Part shown: positions 29,054-38,556 of the stretch, piece after piece | Numbering within the stretch: position 1 is the stretch's first letter | Layout: each line of letters opens with the position of its first letter | Assembly: GCA_039809265.1 (NCBI GenBank) | Contig: JBDHUR010000003.1 | Location: 15,274-79,273 of the forward strand | Length of the DNA stretch: 64,000 nucleotides | DNA from: Minisyncoccia bacterium | GTDB lineage: Bacteria > Patescibacteriota > Minisyncoccia > Phycocordibacterales > UBA9973 | Direction: 5' to 3' | Notes under the pieces: generated by a model | What the model was told of the DNA's origin: nothing | Databases searched by the model: none | Seen by the model: the letters and a program-made list of their open reading frames with translations, nothing else | Translations under genes and position numbers: made by a program

Positions 29054-30391
29054 ATGTCAAAACGTATTTATATAAAGGATTTACAAGCAGAAATTGGCAA
29101 GGAAGCAACTATATGCGGCTGGGTAAATGTCCGTCGCGACCAAGGAAAGATGGTGTTTTTTGACATTCGTGATTTTTCTGGGGTCATTCAAACTGTAGTT
29201 TTGCCCGGCAGTAAGGCAATAGAAACAGCAAAAGAAATAAAGCAGGAATCTGCTATCTCAATTAAAGGTAAGGTTAATGAACGCCCTGCTAAAAATAAAA
29301 ATCTAAAAGTGCAGAATGGAGATATAGAACTTGAAGTTTTAGAGATAGAAATTCTTGGCGTGGCAGAGAGTTTACCGTTTGATATGTCTGCTGATGGATT
29401 TAATTTGGATGTAACCACAGAACTCGACCATAGAGCATTGACACTACGCCACCCGCGCCTACAATCTATTTTTAAAGTACAATCTGCAATCATAGATTTA
29501 TTCCGTGAATTTATGAAGGCTCAAGATTTTTTTGAATTTCAGGCACCCTCAATTGTACCAGCCACAGCGGAAGGTGGAGCAGAGGTATTTCAGTTGGATT
29601 ATTTTGATAAAAAAGCGTACTTGTCTCAATCTCCGCAACTATATAAGCAAATTGTAATGTCAGCATTTGAAAGAGTATTCTCTGTTAATAAGGTTTTCAG
29701 GGCAGAACCATCAGCAACTACTAGACATCTTACAGAGATAGTCTCTTTAGATGTGGAATTTGGGTTTATAAATTCATGGCGTGATGTTAGGGACTTATCT
29801 GAAAAGACAGTTAGGTATATCTTGAATAATTTGAAATCAAGATGTGAAAAAGAACTAGAATTCCTGGGAGCTGTTTTACCAGAAATGATAAATGAAACAC
29901 CCACACTATCCCTAAAAGAAGCTCAGAATAAAATTTTTATAAAAACAGATAGAGATGTTCGGGGAGAAAAGGATTTAAACCCCGAAGATGAAAGGATTAT
30001 ATGTGAAATCATAAAAGAAGAAACGGGCTCTGATTTTGTGTATATTTATGGATATCCAACAAGACAAAAGCCGTTTTATGTCTTCCCAAATCCAGAAAAT
30101 CCAGAATTTAATGAAGGAATGGACCTATTATGTAAAGGGGTTGAATGGCTTTCAGGCGGAAGAAGAATAAATGACTACACACAACTAATGAAGCACGTAG
30201 AGGAGTGGGGTATGGACCCAGCAAAAATAGAAATGTTTCTAGAGGCTTTTAAGTATGGTGTTCCACCCGAAGGAGGTTTTGCTTTTGGGGCCGAACGCAT
30301 GACAATGCAAATACTTGGATTGAAAAACATCCGCGAGGCTTCTATGTTTCCTAGGGATATGCACCGCATAGATCAGCGGCTGTCGCAGTAG
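29054..30391 (+). CDS. aspS: Aspartate--tRNA(Asp/Asn) ligase, short archaeal-type
   Basis: OB fold, AEGGAEVF, LSQSPQLYKQ, FRAE, PPEGGFAFGAER, FPRD; no GAD insert. Confidence 0.88.
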   Translation: MSKRIYIKDLQAEIGKEATICGWVNVRRDQGKMVFFDIRDFSGVIQTVVLPGSKAIETAKEIKQESAISIKGKVNERPAKNKNLKVQNGDIELEVLEIEILGVAESLPFDMSADGFNLDVTTELDHRALTLRHPRLQSIFKVQSAIIDLFREFMKAQDFFEFQAPSIVPATAEGGAEVFQLDYFDKKAYLSQSPQLYKQIVMSAFERVFSVNKVFRAEPSATTRHLTEIVSLDVEFGFINSWRDVRDLSEKTVRYILNNLKSRCEKELEFLGAVLPEMINETPTLSLKEAQNKIFIKTDRDVRGEKDLNPEDERIICEIIKEETGSDFVYIYGYPTRQKPFYVFPNPENPEFNEGMDLLCKGVEWLSGGRRINDYTQLMKHVEEWGMDPAKIEMFLEAFKYGVPPEGGFAFGAERMTMQILGLKNIREASMFPRDMHRIDQRLSQ

Positions 30392-30426
30392 CGAGTGGTT
30401 TTGTATTTTGTGAGATAGAATAAATT

Positions 30427-31092
30427 ATGGAAGAAACAAATGGAATTATAAATCAACTCGGGGCTCTGTCGTACTTTGGGATTTTCGGAGTTTCTTTACT
30501 TGCAAATATGGTAATACCCATACCAGAGGAAATTATACTTTTGGCGTTTGGTTACCTAGTTGGCACAGGGCATTTGTCAGCGTGGCTACTTATACCAATC
30601 CTTATTGCCGGACTTTTGATTAGCGACATAGTCATATACTGGCTGGCAAAGAAAGGTAATAAGCTCATCGTCGGCATATATAACAAATTCTTTTCTAAAA
30701 GATTGCCGCTGGATACAAGCTGGCTTTACTTGCACATAAACAAAGTTATTTTCTTTTCAAGATTTCTTATGCAGCTACGTTTCCTCGGGCCATTTCTTGC
30801 CGGACAACAAAATGTACCAATGAAGAGGTTTGTGAAAATAAATTTTCTTGCGCTTTTAATATATGTTCCGCTTTACATATTCATAGGTATGTACTTCCAT
30901 TCTAGAATAGGCAGAATAATAGACGGTATTGGCCTTGTGAAAAACATACTGCTTGTGGCTATCGGTGTAGTTGTGGTTATCTCTATCTCAAAATTCTTCA
31001 ACAGCATTATTTTTGGACCATACACCCTAGCCTTGCATGGTAAACCAGAGGAGCGCACGATTATACCTTTCATTTACAAAGTAAAAAAGTAA
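30427..31092 (+). CDS. DedA family membrane protein
   Basis: IPIPEEIILL, SDIVIYWL, FFSRFL..LRFLGPFLAG. Confidence 0.9.
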   Translation: MEETNGIINQLGALSYFGIFGVSLLANMVIPIPEEIILLAFGYLVGTGHLSAWLLIPILIAGLLISDIVIYWLAKKGNKLIVGIYNKFFSKRLPLDTSWLYLHINKVIFFSRFLMQLRFLGPFLAGQQNVPMKRFVKINFLALLIYVPLYIFIGMYFHSRIGRIIDGIGLVKNILLVAIGVVVVISISKFFNSIIFGPYTLALHGKPEERTIIPFIYKVKK

Positions 31093-31093
31093 T

Positions 31094-31915
31094 ATGGAAG
31101 ATACAAAATCCGCCTATAATGTAAAGACCCCTATTTTTGAAGGACCTTTTGATGTCCTACTTGATCTCATAGAACGCAGAAAACTTTTTATCAATGAAAT
31201 ATCTTTGGCGCAAGTCACAGACGACTATGTGTCCTATGTAAAGGGTTTGAATATGGCAGATGACGAAACTGCAGAAAATAAAAATTCTACAAATCTTCTA
31301 TCTGGTATCACTTCTTTCATCATCATTGCAGCTACGCTGATACTTATAAAATCCAAATCTATATTGCCCAACATGCTTTTGACCGAAGATGAAGAAAAAG
31401 AAATAGGCACATTGGAAAACAGATTACATTTGTATAAAGTTGCTCGCGATGCCGGAGAATATATAAAAAAGATATTCGGCAAATCTGTTATATTTTCACC
31501 GCTTGAACGTAAGAACGATGATGTGCGTTTTTCTCCAGACCCGCAAATCACGGCATTGTACATGCGCGAGCTTGCGGACGATGTATTTCGCAATATCCCA
31601 AGGAAAAATGAACCTCTGCCACAGGTAGAAGTGCGTAAAGTTATAAGCTTGGAAGAAATGATAGACAATCTTGGCAAGCGTATAGAGGAAAGTTTGACCA
31701 TGAACTTCCGAGAATTTTCTGGGCATAAAGGAGTAAAAACAAAAGAAGAAAAAGTCTTTGTTATTGTGTCGTTTCTTGCTATGCTGGAGCTAGTACGACA
31801 GGGGATAGTAGACGTGATCCAGAGCGCAAACTTTGACGAGATAGAGATGAAAAGACTTGAAAAATCTATGGAAGAATTTATGGATGACAGGGAAGCTAAT
31901 GAGGCTGTAGAATAA
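31094..31915 (+). CDS. scpA: Segregation and condensation protein A
   Basis: FEGPFDVLLDLI, SFLAMLELVRQG. Confidence 0.93.
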   Translation: MEDTKSAYNVKTPIFEGPFDVLLDLIERRKLFINEISLAQVTDDYVSYVKGLNMADDETAENKNSTNLLSGITSFIIIAATLILIKSKSILPNMLLTEDEEKEIGTLENRLHLYKVARDAGEYIKKIFGKSVIFSPLERKNDDVRFSPDPQITALYMRELADDVFRNIPRKNEPLPQVEVRKVISLEEMIDNLGKRIEESLTMNFREFSGHKGVKTKEEKVFVIVSFLAMLELVRQGIVDVIQSANFDEIEMKRLEKSMEEFMDDREANEAVE

Positions 31916-31919
31916 AATT

Positions 31920-32450
31920 ATGGAACTTGATGCAAAAATAGAAGCATTACTTTTTTATACAGGCGAGCCGATGACGCTGAGTAAGCTCGCTTCGCTTTGT
32001 GATGTTTCAGAAGAAGATATACAAAACGCTTTGCCTGTGCTGAAAGAAAAACTAGAGAACAGAGGCATTATCCTTGTAGAAAAAGATAAAGAGATGATGC
32101 TTGGTGTACATAAAGAGCTTGGTGAGCTTGTAGAGAAATTGCGAAAAGACGATCTGAACAAAGAACTCTCAAAAGCAAGCTTGGAAACTTTGTCCATCAT
32201 TCTCTATACCGACAAGCCAACCCGTGCAGACATAGACTACATACGCGGGGTGAATTCCAGCTTTATCTTGCGCAACCTTATGATACGCGGTCTTGTAGAG
32301 AAATCTCAACACGAAGAAGATTCGCGCAAGTTTTACTACAAGCCTACATTTGAGCTACTTGGCTTCCTTGGCATTGGCGCTATTTCCGAGCTGCCAGAAT
32401 ACGAATCTGTTACAAAAGCGTTCAAGGGTGTAGAAGTAGAGTCTGAATAA
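31920..32450 (+). CDS. scpB: Segregation and condensation protein B
   Basis: IEALLF, LSKASLETLSII, IDYIRGVNS. Confidence 0.95.
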   Translation: MELDAKIEALLFYTGEPMTLSKLASLCDVSEEDIQNALPVLKEKLENRGIILVEKDKEMMLGVHKELGELVEKLRKDDLNKELSKASLETLSIILYTDKPTRADIDYIRGVNSSFILRNLMIRGLVEKSQHEEDSRKFYYKPTFELLGFLGIGAISELPEYESVTKAFKGVEVESE

Positions 32451-32453
32451 TCT

Positions 32454-33401
32454 ATGAAAAATCGGAGACTTATACAACTCTTGTGCGTGCTTTGCTTTAC
32501 CGAAATACTCGGTCTTGTATTTTGGAATGCTCAGTTTGAAAAAGAAGCGGCGGTGCGGGCTGTGTCCGCTGAAATTGCCAAATTTCAAAATCCCTTCAAC
32601 GAGATAAACATCCAAGCGCAAAATGCTGTAGTGATAGATTTGGATACTAACACCACTATATATGCGAAGCATTCTGACAAGCCGAAACCTATAGCTTCCA
32701 TAACAAAACTTATGACCACAGACGTGGCACTTTCAAATATAAAAATGGATGATGTGATTACTATAACGCAGAAAGCACTGGACACAGAGGGTAATGATGG
32801 GCTGAAACTTGACCAAAAATGGCAGGCAAAAGATCTTATACCATTTATGCTTGTACGATCTTCCAACGATGCAGCTGAAGCAATCCGTGAGCATATAGAA
32901 CAATCAGAAGACAACAATGTGCAAGACTTTATAAGTACTATGAATATGCGCGGACAAGCTCTTGGTTTACCGGGAATTTCGTTTCAAAATCCTTCTGGGC
33001 TAGACACAACAGAAAAAACTCCGACAGCTCTTGCTTCTGCCAAGGACGCAGTTCTTTTACTTCAGGACGTCTACGCCGAAAATCCTGAAATTATAGGCCA
33101 AACAAACAGCCCCGTGGCGAAATATAGTTCTCTAGATGGCAAAGAATATGAGATAAAAAATACCAATGAAGCTATACCATTTCTGCCTGGACTAATAGCC
33201 TCTAAAACCGGTTTTACAGATAGTGCGGGAGGGAATTTGGTTATCTTGGCTAGAACGACAGAAGGGAGAACACTGGGAATAAGTGTTCTCGGCTCCACCA
33301 TCAAAGGCCGCTTTGAAGATACAGTATTGCTTTTGCAAACCGCAAATGAATATTTCAACAGGCTTTACTCAAATCAACTAGAAAAATATTACCCTTGGTA
33401 G
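32454..33401 (+). CDS. D-alanyl-D-alanine carboxypeptidase (S11)
   Basis: ASITK (SxxK), SSN, NPSGLD, KTG. Confidence 0.9.
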   Translation: MKNRRLIQLLCVLCFTEILGLVFWNAQFEKEAAVRAVSAEIAKFQNPFNEINIQAQNAVVIDLDTNTTIYAKHSDKPKPIASITKLMTTDVALSNIKMDDVITITQKALDTEGNDGLKLDQKWQAKDLIPFMLVRSSNDAAEAIREHIEQSEDNNVQDFISTMNMRGQALGLPGISFQNPSGLDTTEKTPTALASAKDAVLLLQDVYAENPEIIGQTNSPVAKYSSLDGKEYEIKNTNEAIPFLPGLIASKTGFTDSAGGNLVILARTTEGRTLGISVLGSTIKGRFEDTVLLLQTANEYFNRLYSNQLEKYYPW

Positions 33402-33429
33402 GTTTACATTCGTATTTAATGAAAATAAT

Positions 33430-33457
33430 AAAAGCCAGACATGACGTCTGGCTTTTT
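33430..33457. terminator. Bidirectional terminator
   Basis: AAAAGCCAGAC-loop-GTCTGGCTTTTT. Confidence 0.7.
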
Positions 33458-33459
33458 GT

Positions 33460-33612
33460 TTAGTCGTCTACATTTATATTATCTGATTTTATATAAGTGA
33501 AAAAGCATAAAACTATATATACCATTATTATCTGATAGCAAAACACTAAATAGCCCCACATTCCAATTTTTGTTACGTCACGTGATATAACAGTGGATAG
33601 AATAACTAACAT
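33460..33612 (-). CDS. Possible small membrane protein (50 aa) or remnant
   Basis: Hand translation MLVILSTVISRDVTKIGMWGYLVFCYQIIMVYIVLCFFTYIKSDNINVDD*; ends at the terminator. Confidence 0.3.
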   Translation of the reverse strand: MLVILSTVISRDVTKIGMWGYLVFCYQIIMVYIVLCFFTYIKSDNINVDD

Positions 33613-33746
33613 AACAGTAGTTACAAAAATAATATTGTCTGCAATTTTTTATATATTATATTATACTTTTTATCACCAGTAAAGTTATACAGATACTGGG
33701 ATTATTAAGATTGGCTTGTTGAACAAGTGTGGTATACTTTGAAATT

Positions 33747-34808
33747 ATGACGCTTCTGGACATAACAAAAGTCTTTTTGCCTGCAACACTCGCATTTATC
33801 ACGGGCATAGCCATCACTCCCGCTTTATCTCATTATTTTTACAGGTATAAGATGTGGAAAAAGCGCGACAGAAGCTTAGATACAAATTCGGATGCCTTCA
33901 AACAGATACACAAAGATAAAGTTGCGGCAGAACTTTCTACTCCAAGCGTAGGCGGAATAGTCATATGGGCTTCGGTTTTGATTTCCATTGGTGTTATATA
34001 TTTAGCTTCGGTTATATTTCCATCTGATCTTTCTTTCAAATTGAATTTTTTAAGCAGAAGCCAAACACTTGTGCCGCTAGGTATTTTTATTTTCGGCGCA
34101 ATGCTTGGGCTGGTGGATGATGCTTTGGAAATACGTGGATTTTCAAGCCTTACCAGAGATAGTAAGTGGTATACATGGATGAAGATTGCATGCGTGCTGC
34201 TTATAGGCCTTGTAGCAGGACTTTGGTTCCACAGTAAGCTTGGCATTTCTAGTATTGCTATACCATTTGATGGCAGGATAGAGCTGGGTGTATTCTTTGT
34301 GCCTTTCGTTATGTTTCTAATGCTAGCGGTTTTCTCTGGAGGGGTTATAGACGGGCTAGACGGTCTATCTGGCGGAGTAATGGCATCTATCTTTATGGCA
34401 TTTTCTGCTATATCTTTTGGCCATCATCAGCTAGACATGGCGGCGCTTTGTGCTGTTATCGCTTGTTCTACACTTGCATTTCTTTGGTTCAATATACCAC
34501 CAGCTAGGTTTTATATGGGAGAAACAGGAATGATGGCGCTCACAGTTACACTTGGGGCCATAGCAGTTATGACGGATTCAGTCCTCATACTACCTATAGC
34601 TGCATTTCCTCTTTTACTTACATCTTTGTCTGTCATCCTCCAAAAAGCTTCTCGTACGCTGCGTGGAGGGAAGAGAGTTTTTAAAGTTGCACCGCTTCAC
34701 CACCACTTTGAAGCTATCGGCTGGCCAAAATACAAAGTCACAATGCGATACTGGGTCATCTCTGTCATTTGTGCTATTATCGGCACTTTAATATCTTTCA
34801 TAAGTTGA
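33747..34808 (+). CDS. mraY: Phospho-N-acetylmuramoyl-pentapeptide transferase
   Basis: TPSVGG, GLVDD, DGLDGL, FNIPPARFYMGETG, APLHHHFE. Confidence 0.93.
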   Translation: MTLLDITKVFLPATLAFITGIAITPALSHYFYRYKMWKKRDRSLDTNSDAFKQIHKDKVAAELSTPSVGGIVIWASVLISIGVIYLASVIFPSDLSFKLNFLSRSQTLVPLGIFIFGAMLGLVDDALEIRGFSSLTRDSKWYTWMKIACVLLIGLVAGLWFHSKLGISSIAIPFDGRIELGVFFVPFVMFLMLAVFSGGVIDGLDGLSGGVMASIFMAFSAISFGHHQLDMAALCAVIACSTLAFLWFNIPPARFYMGETGMMALTVTLGAIAVMTDSVLILPIAAFPLLLTSLSVILQKASRTLRGGKRVFKVAPLHHHFEAIGWPKYKVTMRYWVISVICAIIGTLISFIS

Positions 34809-35929
34809 TGAAATCGCTCAAGGTAGATAAGATGTTTCTTTGGATTGTCAGCATACTTGTCGGTGTTGGATTTTTCCTATTCGTTTCAGCAGCATTGGGA
34901 ACTTTGGATAAAAATGAAAGCAAGTTTTACTCTGTGCTTATGAGCCAAGGCTTCGGACTGATAGGCGGAATCCTTGTATCATATATATGCTACAAAATAC
35001 CTTATACTTTTTGGAAAAAATACTCTCTGGTTTTATTTATTTGTTCTATCTTGTTGGTGCTTATGGTTTTTATTCCGAGCTTAACACTGGAGCATAATGG
35101 AGCAAGACGTTGGGTTAGTTTAGGATTTATCTCTTTTCAGCCTGTGGAATTTCTAAAAATTGCTTTTATAATATATGCAGCTGCATGGTTGTCCTACATA
35201 CGAGGCAAAATACATGATGCAAAATTTTCGGTCATTCCATTTTTATGTGTTACAGGGATTATAGCGCTAGTCTTAGCAAAGCAGCCTGACACAAAAAGTC
35301 TTATCCTTATCTTCATCTCAGGTATAGCAATGCTCTTTGTTTCTGGTATAAAGTGGAAATATTTAGGATACATAGCACTGGTCGGCGTAGTGGGGTTTTC
35401 TTTATTGCTTATTATAAACCCATACACTCAAAGTAGGGTCAAGACCTTCTTGAAACCAGATAGGGATCCGGCAGATCAGTCTTTCCAAATACAGCAATCT
35501 CTCATTGCAATTGGTTCTGGCAAAATCTTTGGCAGAGGTTTTGGTCAAAGTATAGAGAAATTTAGTAAACTGCCAGAACCTCAGGGGGACGCTATTTTTG
35601 CAGTAATAGGAGAAGAGTTTGGATTTATCGGAACTATGTCAGTGGTAATACTTTTTGTAATGTTTGCGTTACGCGGACTTCGCATAGCCAACATGGCCCC
35701 AGATATGTTTAGTAGACTTTTAGTAACCGGAATTGTTATACTCTTTACAACGCAAGCATTCTTAAATATTGCTTCGTTTATAGGTATATTTCCCTTAACG
35801 GGTGTACCACTTGTATTTATATCTCACGGCGGAACATCTCTTATGGTAGCACTTGCCAGCATCGGTATCATATTAAATATATCTAAATACCAGAAAAACA
35901 AAGCATTATCAGATAAAGAAATTCAGTAA
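34808..35929 (+). CDS. ftsW: SEDS family peptidoglycan glycosyltransferase FtsW
   Basis: GARRW, FQPVEFLK, QPD, LPEPQGDAIF..IGEEFG, PLTGVPLVFISHGG. Confidence 0.9.
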   Translation: MKSLKVDKMFLWIVSILVGVGFFLFVSAALGTLDKNESKFYSVLMSQGFGLIGGILVSYICYKIPYTFWKKYSLVLFICSILLVLMVFIPSLTLEHNGARRWVSLGFISFQPVEFLKIAFIIYAAAWLSYIRGKIHDAKFSVIPFLCVTGIIALVLAKQPDTKSLILIFISGIAMLFVSGIKWKYLGYIALVGVVGFSLLLIINPYTQSRVKTFLKPDRDPADQSFQIQQSLIAIGSGKIFGRGFGQSIEKFSKLPEPQGDAIFAVIGEEFGFIGTMSVVILFVMFALRGLRIANMAPDMFSRLLVTGIVILFTTQAFLNIASFIGIFPLTGVPLVFISHGGTSLMVALASIGIILNISKYQKNKALSDKEIQ

Positions 35930-35930
35930 C

Positions 35931-37058
35931 ATGAAAATAGTTTTCACTGGCGGTGGTACAGGCGGACATTTCTACCCGATCATCGCTATAGCCGAAAAAG
36001 TAAATCAGATCATAGATCGCGACAAGATAGTTCAGGCGAAGCTTTACTATTTTTCTGATGACCCATATGACAAGGCGGCACTTTTTGATAACGGCATAAC
36101 ATTTAAGCAGATACCGGCAGGCAAGATGCGGGTGTATTTTTCCGTGCAAAACTTTTTTGATATGTTTAAAACTTTTACGGGTGTAGTAAAAGCTGTTTTT
36201 GCATTGTTTGCAATTTTCCCTGATGTTGTTGTAGGCAAGGGAGGGTATTCAAGCTTCCCAACATTGCTTGCTGCCAGGATACTGGGTATACCAGTAGTTA
36301 TCCACGAGTCAGATTCGTATCCGGGACGTGTAAATGTTTGGGCTGGAAAGTTTGCAAGGCGTGTAGCTGTATCATTTCAAGAGGCCGCGCAATATTTCCC
36401 AAAGAAAACTGTAGCATGGAGCGGACAGCCGATACGAGACGAGATAGCTCAGTCAGCAAAGGAAGGAGTGTTTGAATTTTTCAATTTAGATAAAAATATA
36501 CCTGTAGTATTAGTCTTGGGCGGTTCACTTGGCGCGCAAGTTATAAATGACGCTATCATAGATAGTCTGCCAAAACTTGTCTCCAACTATCAAGTCTTGC
36601 ACCAAACAGGTATCAAAAATTTTGAAGAAGTAAAAAATACTGCGGAGATAGTACTAGGAGACAACCCAAACAAAGCACATTACAAGCCTTTTCCTTTCAT
36701 GAATAACTTACAGCTGCGTATGGCAGCTGGTGCGGCAACTGTCGCCATCTCTCGCGGTGGATCTATGATATTTGAGATCGCTTCTTGGGGGGTGCCGGCA
36801 ATAATAATACCTATAACAAAGACAAACGGCGACCATCAAAGGAAAAATGCTTATACTTTCGCTGCAGCCGGCGCAGGTGAGGTAATGGAAGAAGCTAACC
36901 TGACAGGCTCTGTACTTGCCAGCGAGCTGGAACATCTTGTAAGCAATAAATCTCGCCTTGAACTTATGAAGAAAAATGCTGAAGCGTTTACCCAAAAGGA
37001 TGCTGCACTACACATAGCAGAGGAAATAGTCGGCATAGCTCTATCGCACGAGAAATAA
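35931..37058 (+). CDS. murG: MurG glycosyltransferase
   Basis: GGGTGGHFYP, GKGGY, GGSLGA, HQ..NA. Confidence 0.96.
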   Translation: MKIVFTGGGTGGHFYPIIAIAEKVNQIIDRDKIVQAKLYYFSDDPYDKAALFDNGITFKQIPAGKMRVYFSVQNFFDMFKTFTGVVKAVFALFAIFPDVVVGKGGYSSFPTLLAARILGIPVVIHESDSYPGRVNVWAGKFARRVAVSFQEAAQYFPKKTVAWSGQPIRDEIAQSAKEGVFEFFNLDKNIPVVLVLGGSLGAQVINDAIIDSLPKLVSNYQVLHQTGIKNFEEVKNTAEIVLGDNPNKAHYKPFPFMNNLQLRMAAGAATVAISRGGSMIFEIASWGVPAIIIPITKTNGDHQRKNAYTFAAAGAGEVMEEANLTGSVLASELEHLVSNKSRLELMKKNAEAFTQKDAALHIAEEIVGIALSHEK

Positions 37059-37112
37059 TTTTTTCCACACTGTCAACTCCATAACTACCTATATTTTTGA
37101 TAACATTGAGGT

Positions 37113-38552
37113 ATGGAAAAAGGAAATAGAAACCGAAAAGTTGTTACTCGCTTTGCGCCTAGCCCGACAGGTTTTTTGCATGTTGGTGGGGTACGCACGG
37201 CTTTGTATGCGTGGCTTTTTGCGCGGCAGCATGGAGGAACTTTTATCTTGCGAATTGAGGATACCGACAAGGCAAGAGAAGTTGCTGGGTCCATGGAGCA
37301 TATCATCCAATCTTTGAAATGGCTAGGTATTGAGTGGGACGAGGGTCCAGACATAGGCGGTCCATGCGCACCATACATACAGTCCGAGAGGCTGGATATC
37401 TACAAGAAATATGCACAAGAACTTGTAGATAAAGGCCTAGCTTATGCTGACCCTTACTCTGAAGAGCAACTTGAGGCACTTCGAGAGCAAGCGAAAGCGG
37501 AGAAAAAACCGTTTTTATATAGAGATCACAGGCCGGAAAACCCTCCTGTTTGGGATGGCACTCAGCCGCTTAGATTCAAGATAACCGATCTAAATACATA
37601 CGAATGGGATGACCTTGTGCGTGGAAAGCTATCTGCTGGTCCAGAAGCATTGGATGACTTTATAATTATAAAAAGTGACGGGTATCCTACATACAATTTG
37701 TCTCACATGATAGACGATTTGGAGATGGGTGTAACACACATAATGCGATCCGATGAATTTTTAGCTTCAACACCAAAATTCTTGGCTCTATATGAAGGTC
37801 TTGACATAAAGAGGCCAGAGATAGGCCTATTACCTCCTATAATGAGTCCAGACGGCAAGAAAAAGCTTGGTAAGAGAGACGGCGCAAAGGACATTTTAGA
37901 CTATAAAAACGAGGGGTACTTACCAGAAGCAATGATGAACTTCTTGGCTTTTATTGGCTGGAATCCAGGCGGAGAAAAAGAACTTTATTCAAAAGAAGAA
38001 CTTATAGAGGCTTTTGACATTTCAAAAGTTCATAAAAGCGGCGGCGGGTTTAACGTAGAAAAGCTAAACTGGTTTAACAGAGAATATATAAAAAAGTTAT
38101 CTAGCGCAGATTTTTGGCAATATGCAAACAGATTTATACCAGATTGGATAAGTACAGAGAAGATAGACAAAGCAGATATTGAGACTCTTTTGCGAGACAG
38201 GATAAACAAGTTTGACGAAGTGGCGGTGTTTTTTGAAGAAAGCAGATATATGTTTGAAAAGCCAGAATATGGTCCAGAAAAACTGCTATGGAAAGGCTCT
38301 TCCATTGAAAATACAAAGAAACATTTAATAAAAGTCATAGAACTTTGCAATAACATAGATTCTTGGAATAAGGATTCCGTGCATAGTATTGTCTTCCCAT
38401 ATGCAGACGAAGCTGGCCGCGGAGATGTACTTTGGCCAATGCGTGTAGCACTTTCTGGCAAAGACAAATCTCCAGATCCGTTTATTTTGGCTGGCATACT
38501 TGGTAAAGAGGAAACTATAGATAGATTGGAGGAAGCACAAAACAAGCTATAA
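37113..38552 (+). CDS. gltX: Glutamate--tRNA ligase
   Basis: RFAPSPTGFLHVGG, LRIEDTD, KLGKRDG. Confidence 0.97.
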   Translation: MEKGNRNRKVVTRFAPSPTGFLHVGGVRTALYAWLFARQHGGTFILRIEDTDKAREVAGSMEHIIQSLKWLGIEWDEGPDIGGPCAPYIQSERLDIYKKYAQELVDKGLAYADPYSEEQLEALREQAKAEKKPFLYRDHRPENPPVWDGTQPLRFKITDLNTYEWDDLVRGKLSAGPEALDDFIIIKSDGYPTYNLSHMIDDLEMGVTHIMRSDEFLASTPKFLALYEGLDIKRPEIGLLPPIMSPDGKKKLGKRDGAKDILDYKNEGYLPEAMMNFLAFIGWNPGGEKELYSKEELIEAFDISKVHKSGGGFNVEKLNWFNREYIKKLSSADFWQYANRFIPDWISTEKIDKADIETLLRDRINKFDEVAVFFEESRYMFEKPEYGPEKLLWKGSSIENTKKHLIKVIELCNNIDSWNKDSVHSIVFPYADEAGRGDVLWPMRVALSGKDKSPDPFILAGILGKEETIDRLEEAQNKL

Positions 38553-38556
38553 AATT

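Noticed and set aside
33402-33746. Possible oriC in an AT-rich gap
   Set aside because: No cluster of good DnaA boxes, no dnaA/dnaN, and gene orientation does not diverge here.
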